DNA of 64,000 bases from an uncultured virus (IMG/VR IMGVR_UViG_3300043469_001223) (taxonomy: Duplodnaviria; Heunggongvirae; Uroviricota; Caudoviricetes). Positions within the stretch are counted from its first letter, which is position 1; each line of letters starts with the position of its first letter. Made by a program: the position numbers and the translations under genes. The stretch is from IMG/VR virus record IMGVR_UViG_3300043469_001223, one strand, 5' to 3'. The notes under the pieces are model-generated. The model was not told the origin of the DNA. It ran no database searches and saw nothing but the letters and a program-made list of their open reading frames with translations. Below are positions 39,214 through 46,706 of this stretch, piece by piece.

Positions 39214-39286
39214 TGTAAATAACTGTACAATAAACACACGCAGAATAATTCTGCAAATTTTTCATTTCACACACAAAGGAGATATT

Positions 39287-39826
39287 ATGAAAACAGTTGG
39301 CGACAAATTAGCCCCATTCGCAGTCACTGGTGTTAAGCCAGGACAACCAGAAGACGCTTTCTTTACAATTACAGATGAGAGCTGGCCAGGCAAGTGGAAA
39401 GTAATCGTATACTACCCAAAAGACTTTACATTTGTATGCCCTACAGAAATTGTGGCATACGACAAACTAACAGATGACTTTTTTGATCGTGATGCCGTTC
39501 TATTGACCGGTTCAACCGATAACGAATTCTGTAAGACAGCTTGGCAAACGGCTCACCCAGATTTAAAGAAGATCACACACACTCAATTTGCTGATACACA
39601 GCGTGGTGAGTTGAGCTTGATTGAGCAATTAGGCGTATTCTACGCTCCAGCAGGTGCTGCACTTCGTGCTACATTCATTGTTGATCCAAACAACGAAATC
39701 CAACACGTCACAGTCAACAACTTGAACGTTGGTCGTAGTCCAGAAGAAACCCTGCGTGTGCTTGATGCCCTGCAGACTGGCGAACTGTGTGCATGTAACC
39801 GCACAGTTGGCGGCGAGACTCTGTAA
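39287..39826 (+). CDS. ahpC: Peroxiredoxin AhpC
   Basis: YYPKDFTFVCPTE, RATFIVDP, VGRS..ETLRVLDALQTGELC. Confidence 0.95.
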   Translation: MKTVGDKLAPFAVTGVKPGQPEDAFFTITDESWPGKWKVIVYYPKDFTFVCPTEIVAYDKLTDDFFDRDAVLLTGSTDNEFCKTAWQTAHPDLKKITHTQFADTQRGELSLIEQLGVFYAPAGAALRATFIVDPNNEIQHVTVNNLNVGRSPEETLRVLDALQTGELCACNRTVGGETL

Positions 39827-40476
39827 TGTTAGAGACTATATGCGATACTTTGGTTGAAGCATATAGACGCAACTGGATTACCAGTCGTGATGGCAATGTT
39901 TCGATTCGCCATCACGACCGTGATCACTTTTATATCACACCCAGTGGCGTCCGTAAGCAAACCATGCAGCCAGACCAGTTTAAGAAGATTGGTATTGAAC
40001 AAGGCTACTATGACCAACCTCCTAGGCCATACTATTCTTGGAAAGAATTGGCATATACTGACATCAGTGAGAAGCTAAAACCTAGTGGAGAATTACCTCT
40101 GCATTTTGGCTTACAAAAGAATATGGGTCAGCATAGTAATGATGTTAGAGTAGTAGTTCACTTACACCCTACCTATTGTATTGCGGCCATGCATGCCGGC
40201 ATTGATTTAAGTACTATCAGTTCAGCATTTCCAGAATTAAATCGTTACACTAAGGTAGCACCTAATGTGGGTGATGTTGCTCCAATTAGTCAAGAGCTTG
40301 CTGACCGTTGCCATGAGAATCTTAAGTTAGACAGTGCGGGTAACATTAAGTATGATATTGTGGGCATCAAGGGCCACGGCGTGGTAGCAATTGATACAAG
40401 TCCGTGGCGTGCATTTGAACACATTGAACGATTGGAACACATTTGCCAAATCGTATTAGCATCAGGAAAATATTAA
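39826..40476 (+). CDS. Class II aldolase/adducin family protein
   Basis: DGNVS.R, ITPSG, PSGELPLH, VVHLHP, GHGV. Confidence 0.88.
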   Translation: MLETICDTLVEAYRRNWITSRDGNVSIRHHDRDHFYITPSGVRKQTMQPDQFKKIGIEQGYYDQPPRPYYSWKELAYTDISEKLKPSGELPLHFGLQKNMGQHSNDVRVVVHLHPTYCIAAMHAGIDLSTISSAFPELNRYTKVAPNVGDVAPISQELADRCHENLKLDSAGNIKYDIVGIKGHGVVAIDTSPWRAFEHIERLEHICQIVLASGKY

Positions 40477-40477
40477 A

Positions 40478-40984
40478 ATGAGCTTTATTGAATCAGTAAA
40501 AGGTGCGTTGCCAGACTATGCCAAAGACACTAAGTTAAATCTTGACGCTGTGCTACTTCGTAGCACATTGGATGCAGATGTGGCCATAGGTTGTGCTGTG
40601 GCTGCATTGGCTGCAACTGGTAACGGTAAGGTATTGGGCATCTTGTTAGCGGATGCTCCTGTCCACGCAGAGTCAGCTATGTGTGCCGCTTCAATTATGA
40701 GCCAAAACAACACGTGGTACCCCTTTGTTGAAATGGCTGATGATCCTGGTCTAAAAGGATTGCCGGCACAGTTGCGAATGAACGCCATTGCCAATCATGG
40801 CGGAACTACCAAGAGCAACTTTGAAGCATTCAGTTTAGCCGCAAGCATTGTCGGTAAGTGTCACTTCTGTGTGAAAGCACATTACGAGACATTGAAGACA
40901 GAAGGCTACACAGTGGAACAACTTCGTGATATTGGACGTATTGCCAGTGTCATGAATAGTGTTGCTAAAGTATTAAACAGTTAA
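40478..40984 (+). CDS. ahpD: Alkylhydroperoxidase AhpD
   Basis: LPDYAKD.KLNL, LRMNAI, AAS..GKCHFCVKAH. Confidence 0.93.
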   Translation: MSFIESVKGALPDYAKDTKLNLDAVLLRSTLDADVAIGCAVAALAATGNGKVLGILLADAPVHAESAMCAASIMSQNNTWYPFVEMADDPGLKGLPAQLRMNAIANHGGTTKSNFEAFSLAASIVGKCHFCVKAHYETLKTEGYTVEQLRDIGRIASVMNSVAKVLNS

Positions 40985-41001
40985 TTTGGCAAAATAACCG
41001 G

Positions 41002-41030
41002 TTTACAGGGTCCGTAAAACCCTGTATAAT
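41002..41030 (+). promoter_or_regulatory. Sigma70 promoter
   Basis: TTTACA-N17-TATAAT. Confidence 0.75.
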
Positions 41031-41041
41031 AAATACATACA

Positions 41042-41062
41042 GCAAAGAGATAGACTCCGAGC
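41042..41062 (+). promoter_or_regulatory. AUAGA-loop leader hairpin (copy 1)
   Basis: GAG-ATAGA-CTC; same loop as the copy at 43462. Confidence 0.55.
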
Positions 41063-41086
41063 GTACATTATACAAAGGATTTTTGT

Positions 41087-41443
41087 ATGTCAAAAGCAAC
41101 TACATTCACCATCAAAAAAACCTATGCGTTGTCAGCAATTGACAAGGCAGGCAAGCGTGTCTATTACGACACTGATTCACACTCAGGCGGTTATCCGTAT
41201 TGGAGCCCTTACTTCTCCCAAGACAAAACTTGGGAATCGCTGGACAAGATTCCAATATTCTCCAGCACAGACTACATGCGTCGAGACGTTGTCAGTATCG
41301 AAGTTCTGGAAGTCGAGATCCAAGCTAAAGTGATTCTAACTACTGAAATCATGTCAGAAGCCCGAGCAAAAGCCAAAGCAGAGATTACCCAAATTCGCAA
41401 AGAATTGGCCCGCAAACTTGCCATGTTGGAAGGCACAAAATGA
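41087..41443 (+). CDS. Hypothetical protein
   Basis: AAGGA RBS; DSHSGGYPYW motif. Confidence 0.65.
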   Translation: MSKATTFTIKKTYALSAIDKAGKRVYYDTDSHSGGYPYWSPYFSQDKTWESLDKIPIFSSTDYMRRDVVSIEVLEVEIQAKVILTTEIMSEARAKAKAEITQIRKELARKLAMLEGTK

Positions 41444-42459
41444 CTAAAAAATATCACACCCTAGTGCTCATTGGGCGCTTTCAACCATTTCACAGTGCTC
41501 ACCTTGAGATTGTAAAACGTGCCACTGCCCTATGCGAACAGTTAGTAATTATCACTGGTTCTGCCGCACAACCCCGTACTTACAAGAATCCGTTCACAAG
41601 TGCAGAACGTGCGGGCATGATCAAATCGGCTACCCGTGGATTGAATATGCAAATCTACATTGAACCCAATGTAGACACTATCTATAACGATCAAGCCTGG
41701 GCAGTGCGTATCCAAGGCATTGTCAGCAAGTATGCAGTCCTTGGTACCAAGACTGGTATTATTGGACACAAGAAAGACGACAGTAGCTTCTATCTGGACA
41801 TGTTCCCACAATGGGGATATGAAAACGTGGAACTGATTGAGTTCCTTAGTGCTGTTGACATTCGTGATCTTTACTTCAAGCGTGATGTCAACATGAAGTT
41901 CATTAAAGGTGTTGTGCCAGAAACTGTGTTTGAGTTCTTGGATGAATTCCGCCACCATGCCGAATATGAACAAATTATCCGTGAGCGAGAGTTTGTTGCA
42001 AACTATAAGAAACAGTATGCGTCATTGCCATATCCTCCAATCTTCAGCACTGCTGATAGTGTTGTGATCTGTTCAGGTCATGTGCTGATGATCAAACGCC
42101 GTGCAGAGCCCGGCAAGGGCTTGTGGGCACTGCCAGGCGGCTACGTCAACGCCAATACCGACAAGTCAGTTGAAGATGCGGCTATCCGTGAACTGCGTGA
42201 AGAAACTATGATTAAAGTGCCTGCTCCGGTGTTGCGTGGATCGATTGTTCGCAGTAAGGTATTTGATGCGGTTGACAGAAGTCCTAGAGGACGTATAATT
42301 ACACATGCGTTTCACATCCAACTGCCAGACGGTGAGTTGCCAAAAGTAAAAGGCAGTGACGATGCTGAGAAAGCACGTTGGGTACCTATTGCAGAGGTTC
42401 GAAGCGAAGAATGCTTTGAAGACCATTTTGAAATCATCTCACATTTTGTAGGAGCATAA
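41440..42459 (+). CDS. nadM: Bifunctional NMN adenylyltransferase / Nudix ADP-ribose pyrophosphatase
   Basis: IGRFQPFHSAH, KNPF..ER, WALPGG, AIRELREET, GSDDA. Confidence 0.93.
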   Translation: MTKKYHTLVLIGRFQPFHSAHLEIVKRATALCEQLVIITGSAAQPRTYKNPFTSAERAGMIKSATRGLNMQIYIEPNVDTIYNDQAWAVRIQGIVSKYAVLGTKTGIIGHKKDDSSFYLDMFPQWGYENVELIEFLSAVDIRDLYFKRDVNMKFIKGVVPETVFEFLDEFRHHAEYEQIIREREFVANYKKQYASLPYPPIFSTADSVVICSGHVLMIKRRAEPGKGLWALPGGYVNANTDKSVEDAAIRELREETMIKVPAPVLRGSIVRSKVFDAVDRSPRGRIITHAFHIQLPDGELPKVKGSDDAEKARWVPIAEVRSEECFEDHFEIISHFVGA

Positions 42460-42460
42460 T

Positions 42461-42703
42461 ATGAACGAACGAATTCGAGAACTTGCTGAACAGGCTACTT
42501 CCCACATGCCCGGACATCCTCCATACGACGGCTTGACATTTGACGTGTTCGATAAAGAAAAGTTCGCCGAGTTGATTGTGAGAGAATGTGTGGAACTTGT
42601 ATCTGCCAACAGAGACCTGGCTATTGAAGATGGATGGAATGTGGATGAAGCAATGTCCACAGCAATCAATGATATTGAAGAACATTTCGGAGTTGAAGAA
42701 TGA
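42461..42703 (+). CDS. Phage hypothetical protein (MNERIRELA family)
   Basis: EKFAELIVREC...EHFGVEE. Confidence 0.7.
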   Translation: MNERIRELAEQATSHMPGHPPYDGLTFDVFDKEKFAELIVRECVELVSANRDLAIEDGWNVDEAMSTAINDIEEHFGVEE

Positions 42704-42951
42704 ACAAACAACTGATTAGAGATTTAGCCATCACAGGCGGCATTTATGATTGTATTTGTGATCCATACGACAAACTAGAGAACGGTGATTACTACAGTAG
42801 TGTAATGGTTGATTTGGAGCGTTTCGCTGAGAAGATTGTGAGGCAATGTGCTGAGATTGCTGATACGGAGAGACCCAATTCAGTTGGTTGTGGATATATT
42901 ACCAAAACAAACGGTATGAGAATCAAAGAACATTTCGGAGTAGAACTATGA
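42700..42951 (+). CDS. Phage hypothetical protein (paralog of the preceding gene)
   Basis: ERFAEKIVRQC...KEHFGVE. Confidence 0.7.
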   Translation: MNKQLIRDLAITGGIYDCICDPYDKLENGDYYSSVMVDLERFAEKIVRQCAEIADTERPNSVGCGYITKTNGMRIKEHFGVEL

Positions 42952-43421
42952 CATTAAAACATACTAAAGGCAATCTGCTCGACCTGGCAGAAGCGGGAGA
43001 CTTTGACATTGTTGTCCAAGGCTGTAACTGCTTCAACACCATGGGTGGCGGCATTGCTCGTGAGATTCGTGAGCGTTATCCAATGGCTGCATTAGTTGAT
43101 AATGAGACCGTAAAAGGCGACTACCGCAAGTTGGGCAATTTTACCACAGCCTTTACCGGCAAGTTTTTGATTGTTAATGCTTACACTCAATACAATATGA
43201 GTCGCGGCACTGATGTATTTGAGTACACTGCCTTTCAATTGATTTTGGAAAAGCTGGCCTTTGTCTTTCCTGGCAAACGGATTGGCTTGCCCTATATTGG
43301 GTGTGGACTTGCCGGTGGCGAACAGGAAACTATTGTTGACATGATCGACGTATTTGCCGGACGAATTGCCCTTGAAGGCGGCACAGTCACACTAGTAGAA
43401 TTTGGCCAAAGAATTAGTTGA
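42948..43421 (+). CDS. Macro domain (ADP-ribose binding/hydrolase) protein
   Basis: KGNLL, QGCNCFNTMGGGIA, NAYTQ, PYIGCGLAGG. Confidence 0.88.
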   Translation: MTLKHTKGNLLDLAEAGDFDIVVQGCNCFNTMGGGIAREIRERYPMAALVDNETVKGDYRKLGNFTTAFTGKFLIVNAYTQYNMSRGTDVFEYTAFQLILEKLAFVFPGKRIGLPYIGCGLAGGEQETIVDMIDVFAGRIALEGGTVTLVEFGQRIS

Positions 43422-43447
43422 CGCAGACATAGGGTCTGTGTTATACT
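43418..43447 (+). promoter_or_regulatory. Sigma70 promoter
   Basis: TTGACG-N18-TATACT with TG extended -10. Confidence 0.65.
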
Positions 43448-43455
43448 ATAAACAA

Positions 43456-43477
43456 GTCCAAGCGATAGACGCCTGGC
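43456..43477 (+). promoter_or_regulatory. AUAGA-loop leader hairpin (copy 2)
   Basis: CCA-A-GCG-ATAGA-CGC-C-TGG. Confidence 0.6.
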
Positions 43478-43500
43478 AATTTTGATAAAGGAACTTTATT

Positions 43501-44895
43501 ATGAAACTCGCAAAAAATCTTATTTTGAACACTGACAGCTACAAAGTCAGCATGTTCAAACAATACCCAGCAGGTACTACAGGTGTATATTCATATATCG
43601 AGTCTAGAGGCGGGCGGTACGATAGAACAGTATTCTTCGGATTACAGGCTTTTATCAAAGAGTACCTTCTCGAACCCATCACCCAAGCAGACATTGACAT
43701 CGCTGAAGAAATCCTTACCCTACACGGTGAGCCTTTCAACCGAGCAGGATGGCAATACATACTGGACAAGCACCGTGGATACCTCCCAGTTGTCATTCGG
43801 GCCGTGCCAGAAGGAACTGTGGTCCCCGTCAAAAATGTACTTGCGACAATTGAAAACACAGATCCAGAATGCTTCTGGTTGACCACTTGGTTGGAAACTG
43901 CCCTGCTTCGTGCAGTGTGGTATGGTACTACTGTGGCAACACAATCATACACAATTAAACAAGTCATTCTTGACTTCTTGGAGAGAACTGGTGATCCTAC
44001 TACTATCGATTTTAAGTTGCACGACTTTGGTGCTCGTGGCGTATCTAGCCTTGAAAGTGCTGGCATTGGCAGTGCCGCGCACTTGGTCAACTTTATGGGA
44101 ACTGACACTATTACTGGTGTTCTGTTTGCTCGTGAATATTACAATGCTGGTATTGCTGGTTTCTCAATCCCAGCCGCAGAGCATAGTACAATCACCAGTT
44201 GGGGTCGTGACGGGGAAGTAGATGCTTACAGAAATATGCTTACCCAGTTCGCTCGTCCCGGTACTATCCTCGCTGTTGTCAGTGATAGTTATGATATCTA
44301 CAACGCAGCCTCTAAGCTCTGGGGCGAAGAACTTCGCCAACAGGTTATCGATAGTGGTGCTACTGTTGTCATTAGGCCTGATAGTGGCGATCCTGTCGAA
44401 GTCAACCGTCGTCTAGTTGAAATCCTGGGCGAGAAGTTTGGCTACACAGTTAACGCTAAAGGATTCAAGGTACTGAACAATGTGCGTCTGATCCAAGGTG
44501 ACGGCATCAACGAACTCACTGTTCGCAGTATCCTTGGTGCGTTCATGGCCATGGGTTGGAGTGCCGATAACATTGCTTTTGGTATGGGCGGTGCCCTGTT
44601 GCAGATTGTAGATCGTGACACGCAGAAGTTTGCCCTAAAAGCAAGTGCAGCCTGTATCAACGGAACCTGGGTAGATGTCCAGAAAGATCCTGTCACTGAT
44701 CCAGGTAAGAAAAGCAAGAAAGGCCGAGTCGAACTGTGGGAGTCCGGCGGAGAATATCAATCCTCCGTAGAACAACCAAAAGGTTGGACTGATCGAGGAC
44801 TCGAGTGGAAGTCTTCTCTACAGAAGGTATTCGAGAACGGCAAACTTTACAACGAGATTTCGTTCGAAGAAGTTCGAGCTAACGCTCGCAAATAA
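43501..44895 (+). CDS. nadV: Nicotinamide phosphoribosyltransferase
   Basis: LNTDSYK, LHDFGARG, SIPAAEHS, VSDSYD, IRPDSG, QGDG, FGMGG, KDPVTD.GKKSKKG. Confidence 0.95.
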   Translation: MKLAKNLILNTDSYKVSMFKQYPAGTTGVYSYIESRGGRYDRTVFFGLQAFIKEYLLEPITQADIDIAEEILTLHGEPFNRAGWQYILDKHRGYLPVVIRAVPEGTVVPVKNVLATIENTDPECFWLTTWLETALLRAVWYGTTVATQSYTIKQVILDFLERTGDPTTIDFKLHDFGARGVSSLESAGIGSAAHLVNFMGTDTITGVLFAREYYNAGIAGFSIPAAEHSTITSWGRDGEVDAYRNMLTQFARPGTILAVVSDSYDIYNAASKLWGEELRQQVIDSGATVVIRPDSGDPVEVNRRLVEILGEKFGYTVNAKGFKVLNNVRLIQGDGINELTVRSILGAFMAMGWSADNIAFGMGGALLQIVDRDTQKFALKASAACINGTWVDVQKDPVTDPGKKSKKGRVELWESGGEYQSSVEQPKGWTDRGLEWKSSLQKVFENGKLYNEISFEEVRANARK

Positions 44896-44899
44896 AACT

Positions 44900-44928
44900 A
44901 ACAAGGGGCTATACAACCCCTTGTTTTT
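44900..44928 (+). terminator. Intrinsic terminator
   Basis: AACAAGGGG-loop-CCCCTTGTT followed by TTT. Confidence 0.75.
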
Positions 44929-44972
44929 ATTGTATAATTTACACATAGCAACAAAACACACTGAAAGACAGT

Positions 44973-46079
44973 ATGACATATTTTTTGAAATCTGGTACAC
45001 GATTTAATGTTTCCACTAAGGAAGCAATGGATCTACATGAGCAACTGCCTGTTGGCAACTACACTGTTAAATTTGACAAGATGGCTGGCTGTTTCTATCT
45101 TGAAGCGATCGAAAGCTTCGAGATCCGCGGCAAGGTATACGGAGATACTCGCAAGCAGAGCCAACGTATTCTCAATACTTTCAATGACCGTACTGCATCC
45201 ACTGGTGTAATGCTTACTGGTGAAAAAGGTTCGGGCAAGACACTGTTAGCCAAACTGTTGGCAGTCACTGCCGCAGAAGCGGCGGTGCCAACAATTGTTA
45301 TCAACGAGCCATGGTGCGGTGAAGGCTTTAACAGCTTCATGCAGATGATTGAGCAACCCACAGTGATCCTATTTGACGAGTTTGAAAAGGTCTACGACAA
45401 GGATGACCAGGAAAAGATGCTGACACTATTGGACGGTGTATATCCCTCCAAGAAGCTGTTCATTCTAACCTGTAACGACAAGTGGCGCATTGACAGCCAC
45501 ATGCGAAACCGTCCTGGTCGTATCTTCTACTCACTGGACTTCAAAGGTCTGGAACAAGACTTCATTATGGAGTACTGTGCAGACAATCTGGACAATGTTG
45601 ATCATATCGCCAGTGTATGCCGAGTTGCGGCAATGTTTGATCAGTTCAACTTTGACATGCTGAAGGCATTGGTTGAAGAAATGAATCGATACAAAGAAAC
45701 TGCCAGCGAAGCTATGCGTATGCTCAACGCCAAGCCAGAGTTCGGTGGTGACAGCAAGTACAAGGTTGCCCTGCAGATCAAAGGCCTAGACATTAATCCG
45801 GAGTTGATTGAGCAAGAAGTCTGGACAGGCAATCCACTGACCAATCGTGTCAGCATTGACTACAAGGTCTTTGAAGATGCAAAGAGTGCTGAGCCAGCAC
45901 TCGACGGTCTGGCTTCTATTGAAACAGACTGGAATTGGGAAGATGCTCGATTTGGTCAAGAAGATCTCAAGCAGATTGATGCAACTGCTGGTAAGTTTGT
46001 TTTCATTAACGAGGACGGTGACCGTGTGACACTGAACCGCATTAAAGAAAAGTACTACAACTACATGGATGCATTTTAA
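44973..46079 (+). CDS. AAA+ ATPase
   Basis: Walker A GEKGSGKT, Walker B ILFDEFEK, NRPGRI arginine finger. Confidence 0.88.
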   Translation: MTYFLKSGTRFNVSTKEAMDLHEQLPVGNYTVKFDKMAGCFYLEAIESFEIRGKVYGDTRKQSQRILNTFNDRTASTGVMLTGEKGSGKTLLAKLLAVTAAEAAVPTIVINEPWCGEGFNSFMQMIEQPTVILFDEFEKVYDKDDQEKMLTLLDGVYPSKKLFILTCNDKWRIDSHMRNRPGRIFYSLDFKGLEQDFIMEYCADNLDNVDHIASVCRVAAMFDQFNFDMLKALVEEMNRYKETASEAMRMLNAKPEFGGDSKYKVALQIKGLDINPELIEQEVWTGNPLTNRVSIDYKVFEDAKSAEPALDGLASIETDWNWEDARFGQEDLKQIDATAGKFVFINEDGDRVTLNRIKEKYYNYMDAF

Positions 46080-46117
46080 AATCATCTAGATTTTGGCTAT
46101 TATAGTGCATATTTTTG

Positions 46118-46146
46118 TTGACAAGATAATTATATGACACTATAAT
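46118..46146 (+). promoter_or_regulatory. Consensus sigma70 promoter for RNA 1
   Basis: TTGACA-N17-TATAAT with no ORF downstream. Confidence 0.85.
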
Positions 46147-46182
46147 AGATATATAGCAAGGAAACTTGTTAAAAGAAGTTTT

Positions 46183-46346
46183 AGGTTAGGTGCAGCAATT
46201 TTCATTTAATATGGACTGCTAGACCCTATGGTGTTGAATTGGAGCACAGAGTCTTGACCGAGTGCGTTGAAGAGTCAACATTGAAATAGACTAGCGAGCT
46301 CAGAGTGGTGGCCTGAGTTGAATAAAAGCAGCCGACAACTAACCTG
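46183..46346 (+). ncRNA. CAGCAA-stem RNA 1 (~164 nt)
   Basis: AGGTTAG-GTG-CAGCAA ... CTAACCT-G terminal stem; nested internal helices. Confidence 0.7.
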
Positions 46347-46372
46347 TTTTATTTTATAGCACTACAACTGAA

Positions 46373-46401
46373 TTGAACCTCAGACGAACGTGTGCTATAA
46401 T
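46373..46401 (+). promoter_or_regulatory. Sigma70 promoter for RNA 2
   Basis: TTGAAC-N17-TATAAT with TG extension; predicted +1 coincides with the stem start (~46408-46409). Confidence 0.7.
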
Positions 46402-46408
46402 TGATCCT

Positions 46409-46646
46409 AGGATGGATTCAGCAATTAAAACAATACTAAAGTTAAATGCCATAGAAAGTGGTTGTAGGACACAGTGGAGATACTGTTCTAGGAAACTAGA
46501 CACTCAAGGAATGGATGACACAAGGGAAAGACTTTGTATGTTTCTAACGCAGACACAAGTTTAGATAGTCAACATGAATTGTCGATAGGGTCTGGGTGCT
46601 ATAATTGGCCAGACCAGAAAATAAACAAATTGGCACACCCATCCTG
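46409..46646 (+). ncRNA. CAGCAA-stem RNA 2 (~238 nt)
   Basis: AGGATGG-ATT-CAGCAA ... CCATCCT-G; internal hairpins include TCTAG-GAAA-CTAGA and GGTCTGG/CCAGACC. Confidence 0.7.
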
Positions 46647-46653
46647 CTTGTAT

Positions 46654-46694
46654 AGGTTATATACAGCAAAATTTTTTAATTTAAAAGTAACCTG
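46654..46694 (+). ncRNA. CAGCAA-stem element 3 (minimal, abuts the RBS of the vWA gene)
   Basis: AGGTTAT-ATA-CAGCAA ... GTAACCT-G, immediately followed by AAGGA RBS. Confidence 0.65.
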
Positions 46695-46706
46695 AAGGAA
46701 AATAAA

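Noticed and set aside
42461..42951. Repeat GAACATTTCGGAGT as a mobile-element end
   Set aside because: Explained by two paralogous small genes sharing an EHFGVE C-terminus.
46373..46564. 63-aa ORF in the track
   Set aside because: TTG start lies within a -35 box with no RBS, and the ORF overlaps structured RNA 2.
46183..46694. CRISPR-like array
   Set aside because: Only short motifs are shared, unit lengths are 164/238/41 nt, and there are no cas genes. The pattern fits structured RNAs instead.
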